Shown in pieces: positions 48,238-57,538 of a DNA stretch of 64,000 nt. The position numbers and the translations under genes were made by a program. The stretch comes from Acidobacteriota bacterium (GTDB taxonomy: Bacteria > Acidobacteriota > UBA6911 > RPQK01 > JADFOI01), in NCBI GenBank assembly GCA_963663035.1, contig OY760074.1, positions 800,001 to 864,000 on the forward strand. Direction: 5' to 3'. Each line of letters opens with the position of its first letter. Position 1 is the stretch's first letter. A model generated the notes under the pieces. It had not been told where the DNA came from. It was given only the letters and a program-made list of their open reading frames with translations, and made no database searches.

Positions 48238-48836
48238 GCTTTGCCCTCAAGGTAGCTCTCCAATTTCTTGCGTACGAACAACCGCGCCCGATGAATTCGC
48301 GTCTTGGCAGTGGCCTCCTTCAGACCCAGCAGGGAAGCGATTCGCCTGATCGGATATCCCTCAATATCCTTCAAAGCCAGTGCAAAGCGATATTCAAAGG
48401 GCAGCGACTGGATGGCCTCGTATAACTGGCTGGAGAGTTCTGCATTCAGCATGACATCTTCTGGATCCACCGACCAGCTGAAGACCGAACTCTGAAGGTA
48501 GCCATCCTCGGAAAAGTCGGGAGTGAAGGTCTCAAGCTGGATCTCCTGTTTGCGTTTGGCCCGATTCTTTCTCAGCCACATGATGGAGTTGTTGATGGCG
48601 ATCCGCTTCATCCACGGCCAGATGTCACTCTCTTCTCGAAAGGTGTCGATCTTACGAATGACCCTGAGCAAAGTATCCTGCAAAATCTCTTCTGCATCGG
48701 GGGGATTTTTAGTGTAATTCAGGATCACACCAAACAGAGGTCGGGAGAACTGCTGGACGAAACCATCAATCACTACCGAATCGTGACTCTTGAGGCCCTG
48801 GATGAGCTGCTGCTGTCCCAATTCCTTGGTTCTCAT
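48234..48836 (-). CDS. ECF RNA polymerase sigma factor
   Basis: DAEEILQD, WMKRIAIN, KTRIHRAR. Confidence 0.9.
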   Translation of the reverse strand: MRTKELGQQQLIQGLKSHDSVVIDGFVQQFSRPLFGVILNYTKNPPDAEEILQDTLLRVIRKIDTFREESDIWPWMKRIAINNSIMWLRKNRAKRKQEIQLETFTPDFSEDGYLQSSVFSWSVDPEDVMLNAELSSQLYEAIQSLPFEYRFALALKDIEGYPIRRIASLLGLKEATAKTRIHRARLFVRKKLESYLEGKA

Positions 48837-48931
48837 TGCCTGCCCTTGAACTCATACCATACAGAAAACCTGGCTATCTGGGAAGCCCTGCTCAATTGCA
48901 CTAGCGTCTTCGGAGTTGATACGATTCTCAT

Positions 48932-51712
48932 ATGAAGTGGCTGTTTCTCCTCCTGTTTTCCTGGGTTTCGGGCGCTTCTTTTCAGGCCGATTTGCTGGCT
49001 GGAAGTCAACGTCGCTCCGCTCAACCTCCAGAGTATTTCAAGGAATTTGAGGCCAGAGAAGACGAGGGGAACTTAACGCGAGTCGTCCTTCGCAACGGCT
49101 TGACGATTCTGATCGAAGAACAGCCACTGGAAGCGCTGGCGACGGTGGTGACCTATATCCGGGCGGGTTACTCACAGGAGGAGGAAGACAACAGAGGAGT
49201 CAGTCACCTCCTGGAGCGGCTCTATCTGTACCGAAGCGAAGTCGTTTCTGAGATGATCAGCTTGGGAGTGATGCTGAATGTCACCACCAACTATGACGGG
49301 ACTCTCATCTCTTCGACCGGTGCGGCTGAAAGTGTCTCGGAAACGCTGGAGCTTCACGCTGGGCTCTTGCAGGCTCCTCAAATTGATCCACAGGGACTCG
49401 CCCTGGAGGTTGAGTTCCTTCAGGCAGAAAGACTTCTCCAGCTGGACTCACCTCGGGTCTTTGCCAAGCAGAAACTCCTGGAGTTGGTTTATCCGGAAGG
49501 GCCACCAGGAGGGTTCCTGTCCGAAGGCGAGAGCTTTTCTGGACTGACAGAGCTGGATTCCACTCTTGAGCAGTTAGCTCGGTTCCACGAGAACTATTAT
49601 CACCCCGAGAACGTCATCCTGGCCGTTTCAGGAGCGGTGCGCCGCGAACGGATCCTGGAGAAGGTGGTGGAGTTTTACAGCCCCATGAAATCACCGAAAA
49701 GAGATAGCCAGGAGTCGGAAGAGCCTGCCAGTCGCGAGCCAGGTGGAGGAACGAATTCCTTTTCCTATCTCCATCTACGCGGCAACCACCAGCAGCCCTA
49801 TTTGCTCTTTGCCTATCGGATCCCGGGTCTGGAACATGATGATTATTTCCCCTTGCAAGTCCTTTCCTACATTCTGGGGCGAGGACGTGGTGCGCTTTTG
49901 CAGCAGTCGATGGTCGAGAAGGACGACAGTGCTCTTGAAGTGGTCGTCGAAGTGGAGCCCTTCCAACAAGGAGGAACCTTCCTGTTCTCTGTGACTCCCA
50001 ATTTGGAAAAGGTGGACCGGGCTGAAGTCCAGGTGTTGGCTCAATTGGAAGCTCTCAAACGACAGGGAATTTCGATTGAGCAGTTGGACCGAGCCAAAGC
50101 ACTCCTGTTGAGGGAACATTATCAAGGGTTGCAGAGCCTTGAGCAGCGAGCCAACTCTCTGGCCCGGCACGAGGCATTGGGGAATTACCTTGAGCGTGAC
50201 GGGGTAGTGGAAGTGTTGACCCAGGTCACTCCCGAACGGGTCTCCCAGGTGCTGGAGCGCTACTTCACTGACCCCAATCTCTCACTGCTGGAATACTTTC
50301 CACAAAATGCAGAGCCCCGCACTTTCACCCCGGAGAGCCTTCTGGAAACCCTGCGTCTGTTAGTTTCCAGCGTTCTTCATGAGCAGGCGGATCCAACCGA
50401 CGAACTTCTGGTAGTCGAGACCGAATCGAGTTTCCAGCCCCCTGAGTTTCATCCCAAGTACCTGACTTATGATCTCAAACGGACTTCAGTCCTGCGGGGT
50501 CCCATCATCTACTTTAAGGAAGAGCATGTCGTTCCTCTCGTGCACCTGGGGCTCTTTTACCCGGGAGGCCGAATCGAAGAATCCGCTCAGGACTTCGGTA
50601 TCACTGACCTGCTGCTTAGAGCGTTACTTCGAAACGCCGTTTCCGGCGAAGATTCCATTTCCTTCACTGAACTGGAGCGTCTGGGAGCTGAGATAAAGCT
50701 GGTCAATGAAAAAGATTTTTTTGGCTTCCAGGTGACCGCTCTATCGCCTCACCTGGAGAAGGTTCTGGGAACTCTCATTGGCTGGACTCGTGAGGCAGCC
50801 GTGGAAGAAGAAGATCTCACATCGGCCCGTCAGGAGGTCCTGGCACTCCTGGACCGGGAAAAGGAGACCAGATTTCTTCATCTCCTGGACTTGACCCGCA
50901 GCCTCGTCTTTCACGAACACCCCTATGGCGTGAGTCGATACGGGACGAGGCAGAGCGTTTCCAGTGTGACTCTTGAAGCCGTTCAAGACTGGTTGGAAAG
51001 TCACATGACGCGTGTCCATCCGTTCATTGTGATCAGGGGAGATATCGAGGGGACCTCGTTTTTGCGGGAGTTTGTCTCCATCCTCAGCAACGTCATGTAT
51101 GACAGCGGAGTGCCTGTCGAAAGGGAGATATGGGAGGAAGAGGATCAGTCGGATTCCGCAGGGGAGCTGATCTTCGAAGAACAGAGTGGTGAGATGGTGA
51201 TGGCTTTCCGGGGACCTGCCAGGGGGACACGTCAAGAGGCTGCGCTGGATGTCCTGGAAGGAGCTTTGCTCAGTCCAGGGGGACCTCTCTGGGATTCACT
51301 TCGAAACCAGGGTCTGGCCTACCGACTCAAGATGTTTCACGAGACGGGTCTCAATGGGGGAGCCATCTTCACCTCGTTTGCCACCTTGCATGGCAAGGAG
51401 GAATCTGCCCGCCTCGAATTCCTGAAGCAGCTGAGTCAGCTGGAGCAAGTACCGCTGGCACAGACAGACTTTCTCAACGCTGTAGTGGGTGCCATTACCA
51501 GGTTTCACATCCGGCAGCAGGCAGGAGAGAGTTACATCCTCGAGCTGGGGCAGAGTATTTTGGCGAAAGAGGGAGTCGACTCCCTTCGACAGTATCCCTT
51601 CACACTCCAAAACATTCGCCGCGAGGATGTCATGTCCGTCGCAAAGGAATATTTTAGGAGAGAGGAGTCAGGAGACAGGAGTCAGGAGGCAGGAGAGAGG
51701 AGTCAAGAGTGA
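48932..51712 (+). CDS. M16 (pitrilysin-like) peptidase homolog, probably non-catalytic
   Basis: LRNGLTILI, HLLER in place of HxxEH, YHPEN..LAVSG, HPYG; signal peptide. Confidence 0.82.
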   Translation: MKWLFLLLFSWVSGASFQADLLAGSQRRSAQPPEYFKEFEAREDEGNLTRVVLRNGLTILIEEQPLEALATVVTYIRAGYSQEEEDNRGVSHLLERLYLYRSEVVSEMISLGVMLNVTTNYDGTLISSTGAAESVSETLELHAGLLQAPQIDPQGLALEVEFLQAERLLQLDSPRVFAKQKLLELVYPEGPPGGFLSEGESFSGLTELDSTLEQLARFHENYYHPENVILAVSGAVRRERILEKVVEFYSPMKSPKRDSQESEEPASREPGGGTNSFSYLHLRGNHQQPYLLFAYRIPGLEHDDYFPLQVLSYILGRGRGALLQQSMVEKDDSALEVVVEVEPFQQGGTFLFSVTPNLEKVDRAEVQVLAQLEALKRQGISIEQLDRAKALLLREHYQGLQSLEQRANSLARHEALGNYLERDGVVEVLTQVTPERVSQVLERYFTDPNLSLLEYFPQNAEPRTFTPESLLETLRLLVSSVLHEQADPTDELLVVETESSFQPPEFHPKYLTYDLKRTSVLRGPIIYFKEEHVVPLVHLGLFYPGGRIEESAQDFGITDLLLRALLRNAVSGEDSISFTELERLGAEIKLVNEKDFFGFQVTALSPHLEKVLGTLIGWTREAAVEEEDLTSARQEVLALLDREKETRFLHLLDLTRSLVFHEHPYGVSRYGTRQSVSSVTLEAVQDWLESHMTRVHPFIVIRGDIEGTSFLREFVSILSNVMYDSGVPVEREIWEEEDQSDSAGELIFEEQSGEMVMAFRGPARGTRQEAALDVLEGALLSPGGPLWDSLRNQGLAYRLKMFHETGLNGGAIFTSFATLHGKEESARLEFLKQLSQLEQVPLAQTDFLNAVVGAITRFHIRQQAGESYILELGQSILAKEGVDSLRQYPFTLQNIRREDVMSVAKEYFRREESGDRSQEAGERSQE

Positions 51713-51826
51713 GGAGACAGAAGACAGACCACAGACCACAGACCACAGACCACAGACCGCTTAGCTCCTACCTCCTATCTCCTACCTCCTGTCTTCTACC
51801 TTCTACCTCCTACCTCCTGACTCCTT
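51662..51826. repeat. Mixed heptamer arrays (AGGAGWC, CACAGAC, CTCCTAC)
   Basis: AGGAG array and CTCCT array are mutually inverted. Confidence 0.8.
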
Positions 51827-51845
51827 CCTTGTCAGGGGTCCACCC

Positions 51846-52907
51846 ATGAAGGCGGTGATCATGGCGGGGGGGCAGGGGACTCGCTTCTGGCCTGCCAGCC
51901 GGGAAGGACAACCCAAGCAGTTTCTGAAGATTACCGGCTCCGGGACGCTGCTTCAGGAAACCGCGGCTCGACTGCAGCCCGTGCTTGCCCGGCAGGATCT
52001 CTACGTGGTGTGCGGCCGGCAATATGTCCGACAGGTCCGCGACCAACTTGATCAGCTCGCTGAAAATCAGGTTATTGTCGAGCCCTCAGCCCGCAATACG
52101 GCAGCGTGTGTGGGACTGGCCGGCTGCTATTTGAAACGTCGGTTTCCCGATGAAGTCATGGCGATACTGCCCTCAGATCACGTGATAGAGGAGGTGGAGG
52201 AGTTTCATCAGGTTCTACAGGCCGCTGAGGAACTTGGAAGGGAGGGCTGGTTAGTGACCCTCGGCATCCGCCCCGCCTATCCGGCAACGGGTTACGGTTA
52301 TTTGAAAAGAGGAGAGAGCCTCGGGGAGTTTGGAGGGTGTGAGGCTTTTCAGGTCGCGGGATTCACCGAGAAGCCGGGGCGCGCTGAGGCGGAGGGTTTT
52401 TTGAAAGAGGAGAACTATTACTGGAACAGTGGAATGTTTCTCTGGTCCATTGACAGGATTCTGGCAGAGATTGAAGTGCATATGCCTGATTTGCACCAGG
52501 CCCTGATGGAAATTGAGGGAAGTTGGGATAACCGTGCCCGCATGGAGGAGATCTATTGCGGGATTGAGAAGACTTCCATCGACGTTGGGGTGATGGAGAA
52601 GTCTGAGAAGGTCGCTGTCCTTCCTTGCCGTCTGGGATGGAGTGATGTGGGGAACTGGTGGGCTTTGGAACAGGTCGCAGCCAGCGATGGGGAAGGGATA
52701 ACATCCAACACCCGCTTGGTCAATATCGACAGCCGCGACTGCGTTGTTCACACTTCACAGGGTAAATTGGTCGCCCTGGTGGGAGTAAAGGATCTGGTGG
52801 TGGTTGACTCTCCCGATGCTCTCTTGGTTTGTGCCAAGGAACACAGCGAGGATGTCAAGCAGGTCGTTGAGAAACTCAGAGGCGAAGGTTGGGACGAATA
52901 TTTGTAG
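51846..52907 (+). CDS. manC: Mannose-1-phosphate guanylyltransferase
   Basis: IMAGGQGTRFWPASR...PKQFL, EP.ARNTA, PSDH, WNSGMF, WSDVG. Confidence 0.92.
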   Translation: MKAVIMAGGQGTRFWPASREGQPKQFLKITGSGTLLQETAARLQPVLARQDLYVVCGRQYVRQVRDQLDQLAENQVIVEPSARNTAACVGLAGCYLKRRFPDEVMAILPSDHVIEEVEEFHQVLQAAEELGREGWLVTLGIRPAYPATGYGYLKRGESLGEFGGCEAFQVAGFTEKPGRAEAEGFLKEENYYWNSGMFLWSIDRILAEIEVHMPDLHQALMEIEGSWDNRARMEEIYCGIEKTSIDVGVMEKSEKVAVLPCRLGWSDVGNWWALEQVAASDGEGITSNTRLVNIDSRDCVVHTSQGKLVALVGVKDLVVVDSPDALLVCAKEHSEDVKQVVEKLRGEGWDEYL

Positions 52908-52908
52908 C

Positions 52909-54030
52909 ATGAGTGGAAAACTGGACGATCTTGAGACGATTAGAAAGTGCGATAAGCAGGGGATGTTGGGGATTCTCAACAGTTTCGACCGGCAGTTGGA
53001 GGAAGCTCTTGAGATTGGGCTGCAAGCTGATATCTCAAGCCAGAGAACCGTCGGAACGGTTCTTGTGTGCGGGATGGGAGGTTCGGCCATGGCCGGGGAC
53101 TTCCTGCGTGCTTATCTGGGAACCGATCTCAAAGTTCCCCTTTTTGTGAACCGCAACTATTCCATTCCCGGCTTTGCCGATGAGAACACACTGGCCCTTA
53201 TCTGCAGTTATTCAGGAAATTCGGAGGAGACACTCTCGGCCTTCCACGAAGCTCGCAGGATGGGGTGTCACATCATCTGCTTGGGCAGCAACGGAGAACT
53301 TCAGAGTTACTCAAATGAATATGGCTACCCATTCCTACAGATTCCGGGCGGTTCCCCGCCACGCACGGCTTTGGGGTATCTGGCCATTCCGCTGCTCATC
53401 GTTTTAGCCCGGCTGAGCCTGATTTCAGATCGTAGTGAGGAAATCGGCCGCTCTGTGAGCTGGGTGAAGAGCCGAATTGAACTGTATGGGTTGGAAGCTC
53501 CAGAGGAAGGAAATGCGGCCAAAGGGCTGGCTTTGCAAGTTCACCAGAAAATTCCGGTGGTCTACGGGAGTGAGGGTCGGCTGGAGATCGTCGCCAAACG
53601 ATGGCGAAGCCAGTTTTGTGAAAATGGAAAGCAGCTGGCTTACTCGAGTGCTTTACCCGAGATGAATCACAATGAGATTGCGGGTTGGAAGCACCCGGCT
53701 CCAGCCCTTCAGCAGCTGTTTCCCATATTCTTGCGGGACCGGGAAGACCATCCTCAAATCCAGGCTCGAACGGAAATGACGCGCCGGCTGGTGGCGGAGA
53801 AGGCGGGGGCCTTTCTGGAATTCTGGAGCGAGGGAGAGAGCTGGCTGGAGCGTCTGTGGACACTGATCCTGTTGGGGGACTATGCCAGTCTTTACCTGGC
53901 TTGCTTGAATCGTGAGAATCCCACCCCGATGCAAGTGGCTGAAGATCTGAAGATCCGTCTGAGACAGCAGGGGGCAAAAGATAATCAAGGGGGAGACCAG
54001 AATCAATCCAGAGATCTTTCGAGAGTATGA
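52909..54030 (+). CDS. Bifunctional phosphoglucose/phosphomannose isomerase (SIS)
   Basis: GMGGSA, SYSGNSEETL, PR.ALGY, ENGK, PEMNHNE. Confidence 0.9.
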   Translation: MSGKLDDLETIRKCDKQGMLGILNSFDRQLEEALEIGLQADISSQRTVGTVLVCGMGGSAMAGDFLRAYLGTDLKVPLFVNRNYSIPGFADENTLALICSYSGNSEETLSAFHEARRMGCHIICLGSNGELQSYSNEYGYPFLQIPGGSPPRTALGYLAIPLLIVLARLSLISDRSEEIGRSVSWVKSRIELYGLEAPEEGNAAKGLALQVHQKIPVVYGSEGRLEIVAKRWRSQFCENGKQLAYSSALPEMNHNEIAGWKHPAPALQQLFPIFLRDREDHPQIQARTEMTRRLVAEKAGAFLEFWSEGESWLERLWTLILLGDYASLYLACLNRENPTPMQVAEDLKIRLRQQGAKDNQGGDQNQSRDLSRV

Positions 54031-55366
54031 TATTCGCGGAATAGCCGACACAGATCTCAGCGACGAGGTTGTGATCACCTTGGGACGTGCTTTGGGCACT
54101 TACCTGCAGAGGCAGGGTTGTCAACGCCTCACGCTGGGGCGGGATTGCCGTCTGAGCTCGACACGACTGAGGGACTCTTTGTCAGAGGGGCTTCTCTCAA
54201 CGGGCGCCACTGTTGTGGATGTCGGGGTGTGCCCGACTCCTGTCCTCTACTTTTCGCTTCACCATCTCGACGCCCAGGGGGGAGTCATGATCACGGGCAG
54301 CCACAATCCGGCCCAATACAATGGCTTCAAGGTCGCCGCAGGAAAGTCCACTATCTATGGAGATCAGATTCAGGAAGTGGGGCAGATAGCCCAGTCGGGC
54401 GACTTTGTTGAGGGGGAGGGCGCAATGGAGGAGGTCTCCCTCAGTTCTGACTACCGCCGCTATTTGGGGGAGGTGCTTGGTCCTCTGAGCAACCCCCCTC
54501 GAGTCGTGGTTGACGCCGGGAACGGAACCACTGCCCTTTTAGCACCCCAGATCTACAGGGACCTTGGTTGCGAAGTGACTGAACTCTACTGCACCATGGA
54601 CGGACATTTCCCCAACCATCATCCCGATCCCACAGTGCTCGAGAACCTGCAAGATCTCATTCAGAAAGTCGACCAGGAGCAGGCTGACCTGGGGATTGCC
54701 TTTGATGGCGATGGCGATCGTATCGGGGTGGTGGATGATCAGGGCAACGTCATCTGGGGGGACTATTTGATGATTCTTTACAGCCGTGAGATCCTGAGCC
54801 GAAGACCGGGAGCCACCATCATTGCGGAAGTAAAGTGTTCCAAGAACCTCTACGACGACATCGAGAGAAACGGTGGGCGCGGGCTCATGTGGAAGGCTGG
54901 ACACTCCCTGATAAAGGCCAAGATGAGAGAGGAGAATGCACCTCTGGCAGGAGAAATGAGTGGGCATATGTTCTTTGCCGACCGATACTTCGGATACGAC
55001 GATGCCATCTATGGCGGTGCGCGTCTCCTGGAGATTCTTTCCGAAAGTGGCAAGCCCATCTCTCAAATGCTGGCTGATGTTCCCAAGACTTACAGTACCC
55101 CCGAGATTCGGGTCGAGTGTCCGGAGCATTTGAAATTCGAAGTGGTGAGCCAAGCCCAGGCATTTTTCAGTCAGCATTATGAAACCATCACCGTGGATGG
55201 TGTGAGGCTCCTGTTTGATGATGGCTGGGGCCTGATTCGCGCTTCCAATACCCAGCCAGCACTTGTCCTGCGTTTTGAAGCCCAATCGCAGGAGCGGTTG
55301 AAGGAAATTCGATCCCTGATTGAGGGCAAGCTGGAAGAGTTCAAGGAAGCCGTCATTCCTCGCTAG
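54002..55366 (+). CDS. Phosphomannomutase/phosphoglucomutase (no canonical start before the conserved N-terminus)
   Basis: IFREYDIRG, TGSHNP, FDGDGDR, GEMSGH, RASNTQP. Confidence 0.9.
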   Translation: MNPEIFREYDIRGIADTDLSDEVVITLGRALGTYLQRQGCQRLTLGRDCRLSSTRLRDSLSEGLLSTGATVVDVGVCPTPVLYFSLHHLDAQGGVMITGSHNPAQYNGFKVAAGKSTIYGDQIQEVGQIAQSGDFVEGEGAMEEVSLSSDYRRYLGEVLGPLSNPPRVVVDAGNGTTALLAPQIYRDLGCEVTELYCTMDGHFPNHHPDPTVLENLQDLIQKVDQEQADLGIAFDGDGDRIGVVDDQGNVIWGDYLMILYSREILSRRPGATIIAEVKCSKNLYDDIERNGGRGLMWKAGHSLIKAKMREENAPLAGEMSGHMFFADRYFGYDDAIYGGARLLEILSESGKPISQMLADVPKTYSTPEIRVECPEHLKFEVVSQAQAFFSQHYETITVDGVRLLFDDGWGLIRASNTQPALVLRFEAQSQERLKEIRSLIEGKLEEFKEAVIPR

Positions 55367-55388
55367 AAGCAGTCGTTCCGCGCCAGGG

Positions 55389-55599
55389 AGCCGGAATTAT
55401 GCATAGGTTTTCGTGACGAAGTGCCGCAGGCGCCTCGATGACAAGGCGTGTGAGGGGTACCCGCTTGCGGGTCGGGCCCCGCAGGTGTGCTCATGCAGTA
55501 CGCCGAGGAGCCCAAGGGGTACCCGCTTGCGGGTCGCACAACGCAGTCAGCGTGGATGATTGCGGCACTGCAGTAGAAAACTTATGCATAATACCGGCT
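55389..55599. repeat. About 210-bp structured intergenic element
   Basis: Terminal IR agccggWattatgcataRgttttc (22/24); two internal aggggtacccgcttgcgggtc. Confidence 0.82.
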
Positions 55600-55632
55600 A
55601 GCTAAGGTATCCTTGAGGGCTGGAATCGAGAA

Positions 55633-56445
55633 ATGAACAACTATCATGTTCTCATAATCAGTGACGGCACGGGCGAGACGGCCAACAGAATGCTGAAGGC
55701 CGCCATGGTACAGTTTGGAGAGGATATCTTCGTCACCCGCCATGCCAACGTCCGCGAGCAGGACCAGATCAAGTCCATTCTGGCGCGCATTTCCAGCGAT
55801 AATATCTTGGTTTTACATACCTTTGCTTCCAGGGAGCTGCGCGATTTTATGGAGCGTCTGACTTCAGAACAGGGTGCCCAATCCGTTGATTTGCTGGGCC
55901 CGCTGATGGATACGCTGGGTTCTCTTTTTCATAAGGCGCCGGTTGCCCAACCTGGTCTGCTGCATCGAGTGGATGATGAGTATTTGTCGCGAATGGATGC
56001 GATTGACTATGCCATCCGTCACGATGACAAACGCGCCCTGACGGACCTGGAGACGGCCGATATCGTCCTGTTAGGGGTGAGCCGAACCTCCAAGACACCG
56101 CTGGGACTCTTTCTGGCTCAGGAAGGGTGGAAAGTGGCAAATATTGCCATCGTTCACGGGAAAAAATTACCCGCCCGGCTTTTTGAAGTCGACCAGAAGA
56201 AAATCGTAGGTCTCTCCATTGATCCCAAGCGGCTTGCCGAGATGCGTCGCGCCCGGCTTCAGCGGGGAGATATGAAGGATAAAAATTATGCGGAGATGGA
56301 TCGCATAAACGAGGAGTTAGAGTACGCCCACTCCCTTTACAGCAGCAACCCCGGCTGGCCGGTCATTGATGTCACCGGCAAGTCACTGGAAGAAATTTCT
56401 CAGGAAGTTCTCGGTGCCTTGCTGGGTAAGGGCCGGAAGCTTTAG
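55633..56445 (+). CDS. ppsR: PEP synthase/PPDK regulatory kinase-phosphorylase (DUF299)
   Basis: ISDGTGETA, HDD, GVSRTSKTP, IDVT.KS.EE. Confidence 0.9.
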   Translation: MNNYHVLIISDGTGETANRMLKAAMVQFGEDIFVTRHANVREQDQIKSILARISSDNILVLHTFASRELRDFMERLTSEQGAQSVDLLGPLMDTLGSLFHKAPVAQPGLLHRVDDEYLSRMDAIDYAIRHDDKRALTDLETADIVLLGVSRTSKTPLGLFLAQEGWKVANIAIVHGKKLPARLFEVDQKKIVGLSIDPKRLAEMRRARLQRGDMKDKNYAEMDRINEELEYAHSLYSSNPGWPVIDVTGKSLEEISQEVLGALLGKGRKL

Positions 56446-56447
56446 AT

Positions 56448-56652
56448 CGGATTATGCATGAATTCTCTACTGCAGCGCCGAAATCATCCGTCCTGCCTGT
56501 GTTGCGCGACCCGCACAAGCGGGTACCCCTCGGCCTCCTCAACGTACTGCAGAGAGTACGTTTGCGGGGATCGACCCGTGGCGGGTACCCCTCGCGCGCC
56601 TTGCCAGGTTGGCGCCTTCGTCGCTTCGTGACGAGAACCTATGCATATTCCG
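56448..56652. repeat. About 205-bp structured intergenic element, inverted relative to the 55389 copy
   Basis: cggattatgcat...atgcatattccg; same core. Confidence 0.82.
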
Positions 56653-56677
56653 GGCTTATAGATCTGCGGTAATCTCC

Positions 56678-57538
56678 ATGAGCATGATTCTTGCCGAGAA
56701 GTACCACAGCTGTGGAAATGACTTCCTGATCGTTGCTTCCAGTGAAGTTCAAGCGGAACAATACTCGAATCTTGCCCAGGCCATCTGTGATCGCAACTTT
56801 GGCGTCGGGGCCGATGGCTGCGTGGTCGTGAGAGAGAGCTCCTCCGCCCAGTTCCATCTGAAGATCTTCAATCGGGATGGAACTGAAGCAGCGATGTCGG
56901 GTAACGGTTTCCGTTGTGGATGTGCTTTTTTGCATCGTCACAGCCGGGTGAGTCAACCGGAAGTCACCGTTCAGTCCGGTTCGGGAGTGAAGAAGTACAC
57001 TCTGCTTGAAGAGGCAGAAGGATTTTGGAAATACAGGTCTCGGATGGGAGAGCCTGCCTTTGAACCCGCTGCCATTCCCTTTAAGGCTCCCTCAGAGTTG
57101 GAACAGGTGGTGGGATATTCCCTGGAGGTTCCAGGGGGAACGGTCTCTATCGCGGCACTTTGGGTGGGGAACCCCCAGTGTGTTGTTTTTGTGGAGGAGC
57201 TCCCCACAGGGGTTGAGCTTGAGAGGCTCGGCAGTGGGCTGGAGTGTCACCCCTCGTTTCCGGAAAGGACGAATGTCAGTTTCGTCCAGGTCAAGGACCC
57301 TCACCATTTGAAGATCAAACTCTGGGAGCGTGGTGTTGGAGAAACCCATAGCTCGGGTACCGGTGCCTGTGGCGCAGCGGTGGCTGCCATTCGTTCCGGA
57401 CAAGCCCAGTCTCCGGTCGACGTCCAGAGCCCGAAAGGATCTCAGCAAGTGGAGTGGAATCCCGGCGGCGAGATGCTTCTCACAGGCGAGGCCGAATTCA
57501 TTGGTGAGGTCAAATTTCATTGGAAGCAAGGTGTCTGA
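56678..57538 (+). CDS. dapF: Diaminopimelate epimerase homolog with Ser at both catalytic positions
   Basis: KYH..GNDF, R.FGVGADG, MSGNG, VGNP, FPERTNV, WERGVGET.SSGTG. Confidence 0.88.
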   Translation: MSMILAEKYHSCGNDFLIVASSEVQAEQYSNLAQAICDRNFGVGADGCVVVRESSSAQFHLKIFNRDGTEAAMSGNGFRCGCAFLHRHSRVSQPEVTVQSGSGVKKYTLLEEAEGFWKYRSRMGEPAFEPAAIPFKAPSELEQVVGYSLEVPGGTVSIAALWVGNPQCVVFVEELPTGVELERLGSGLECHPSFPERTNVSFVQVKDPHHLKIKLWERGVGETHSSGTGACGAAVAAIRSGQAQSPVDVQSPKGSQQVEWNPGGEMLLTGEAEFIGEVKFHWKQGV

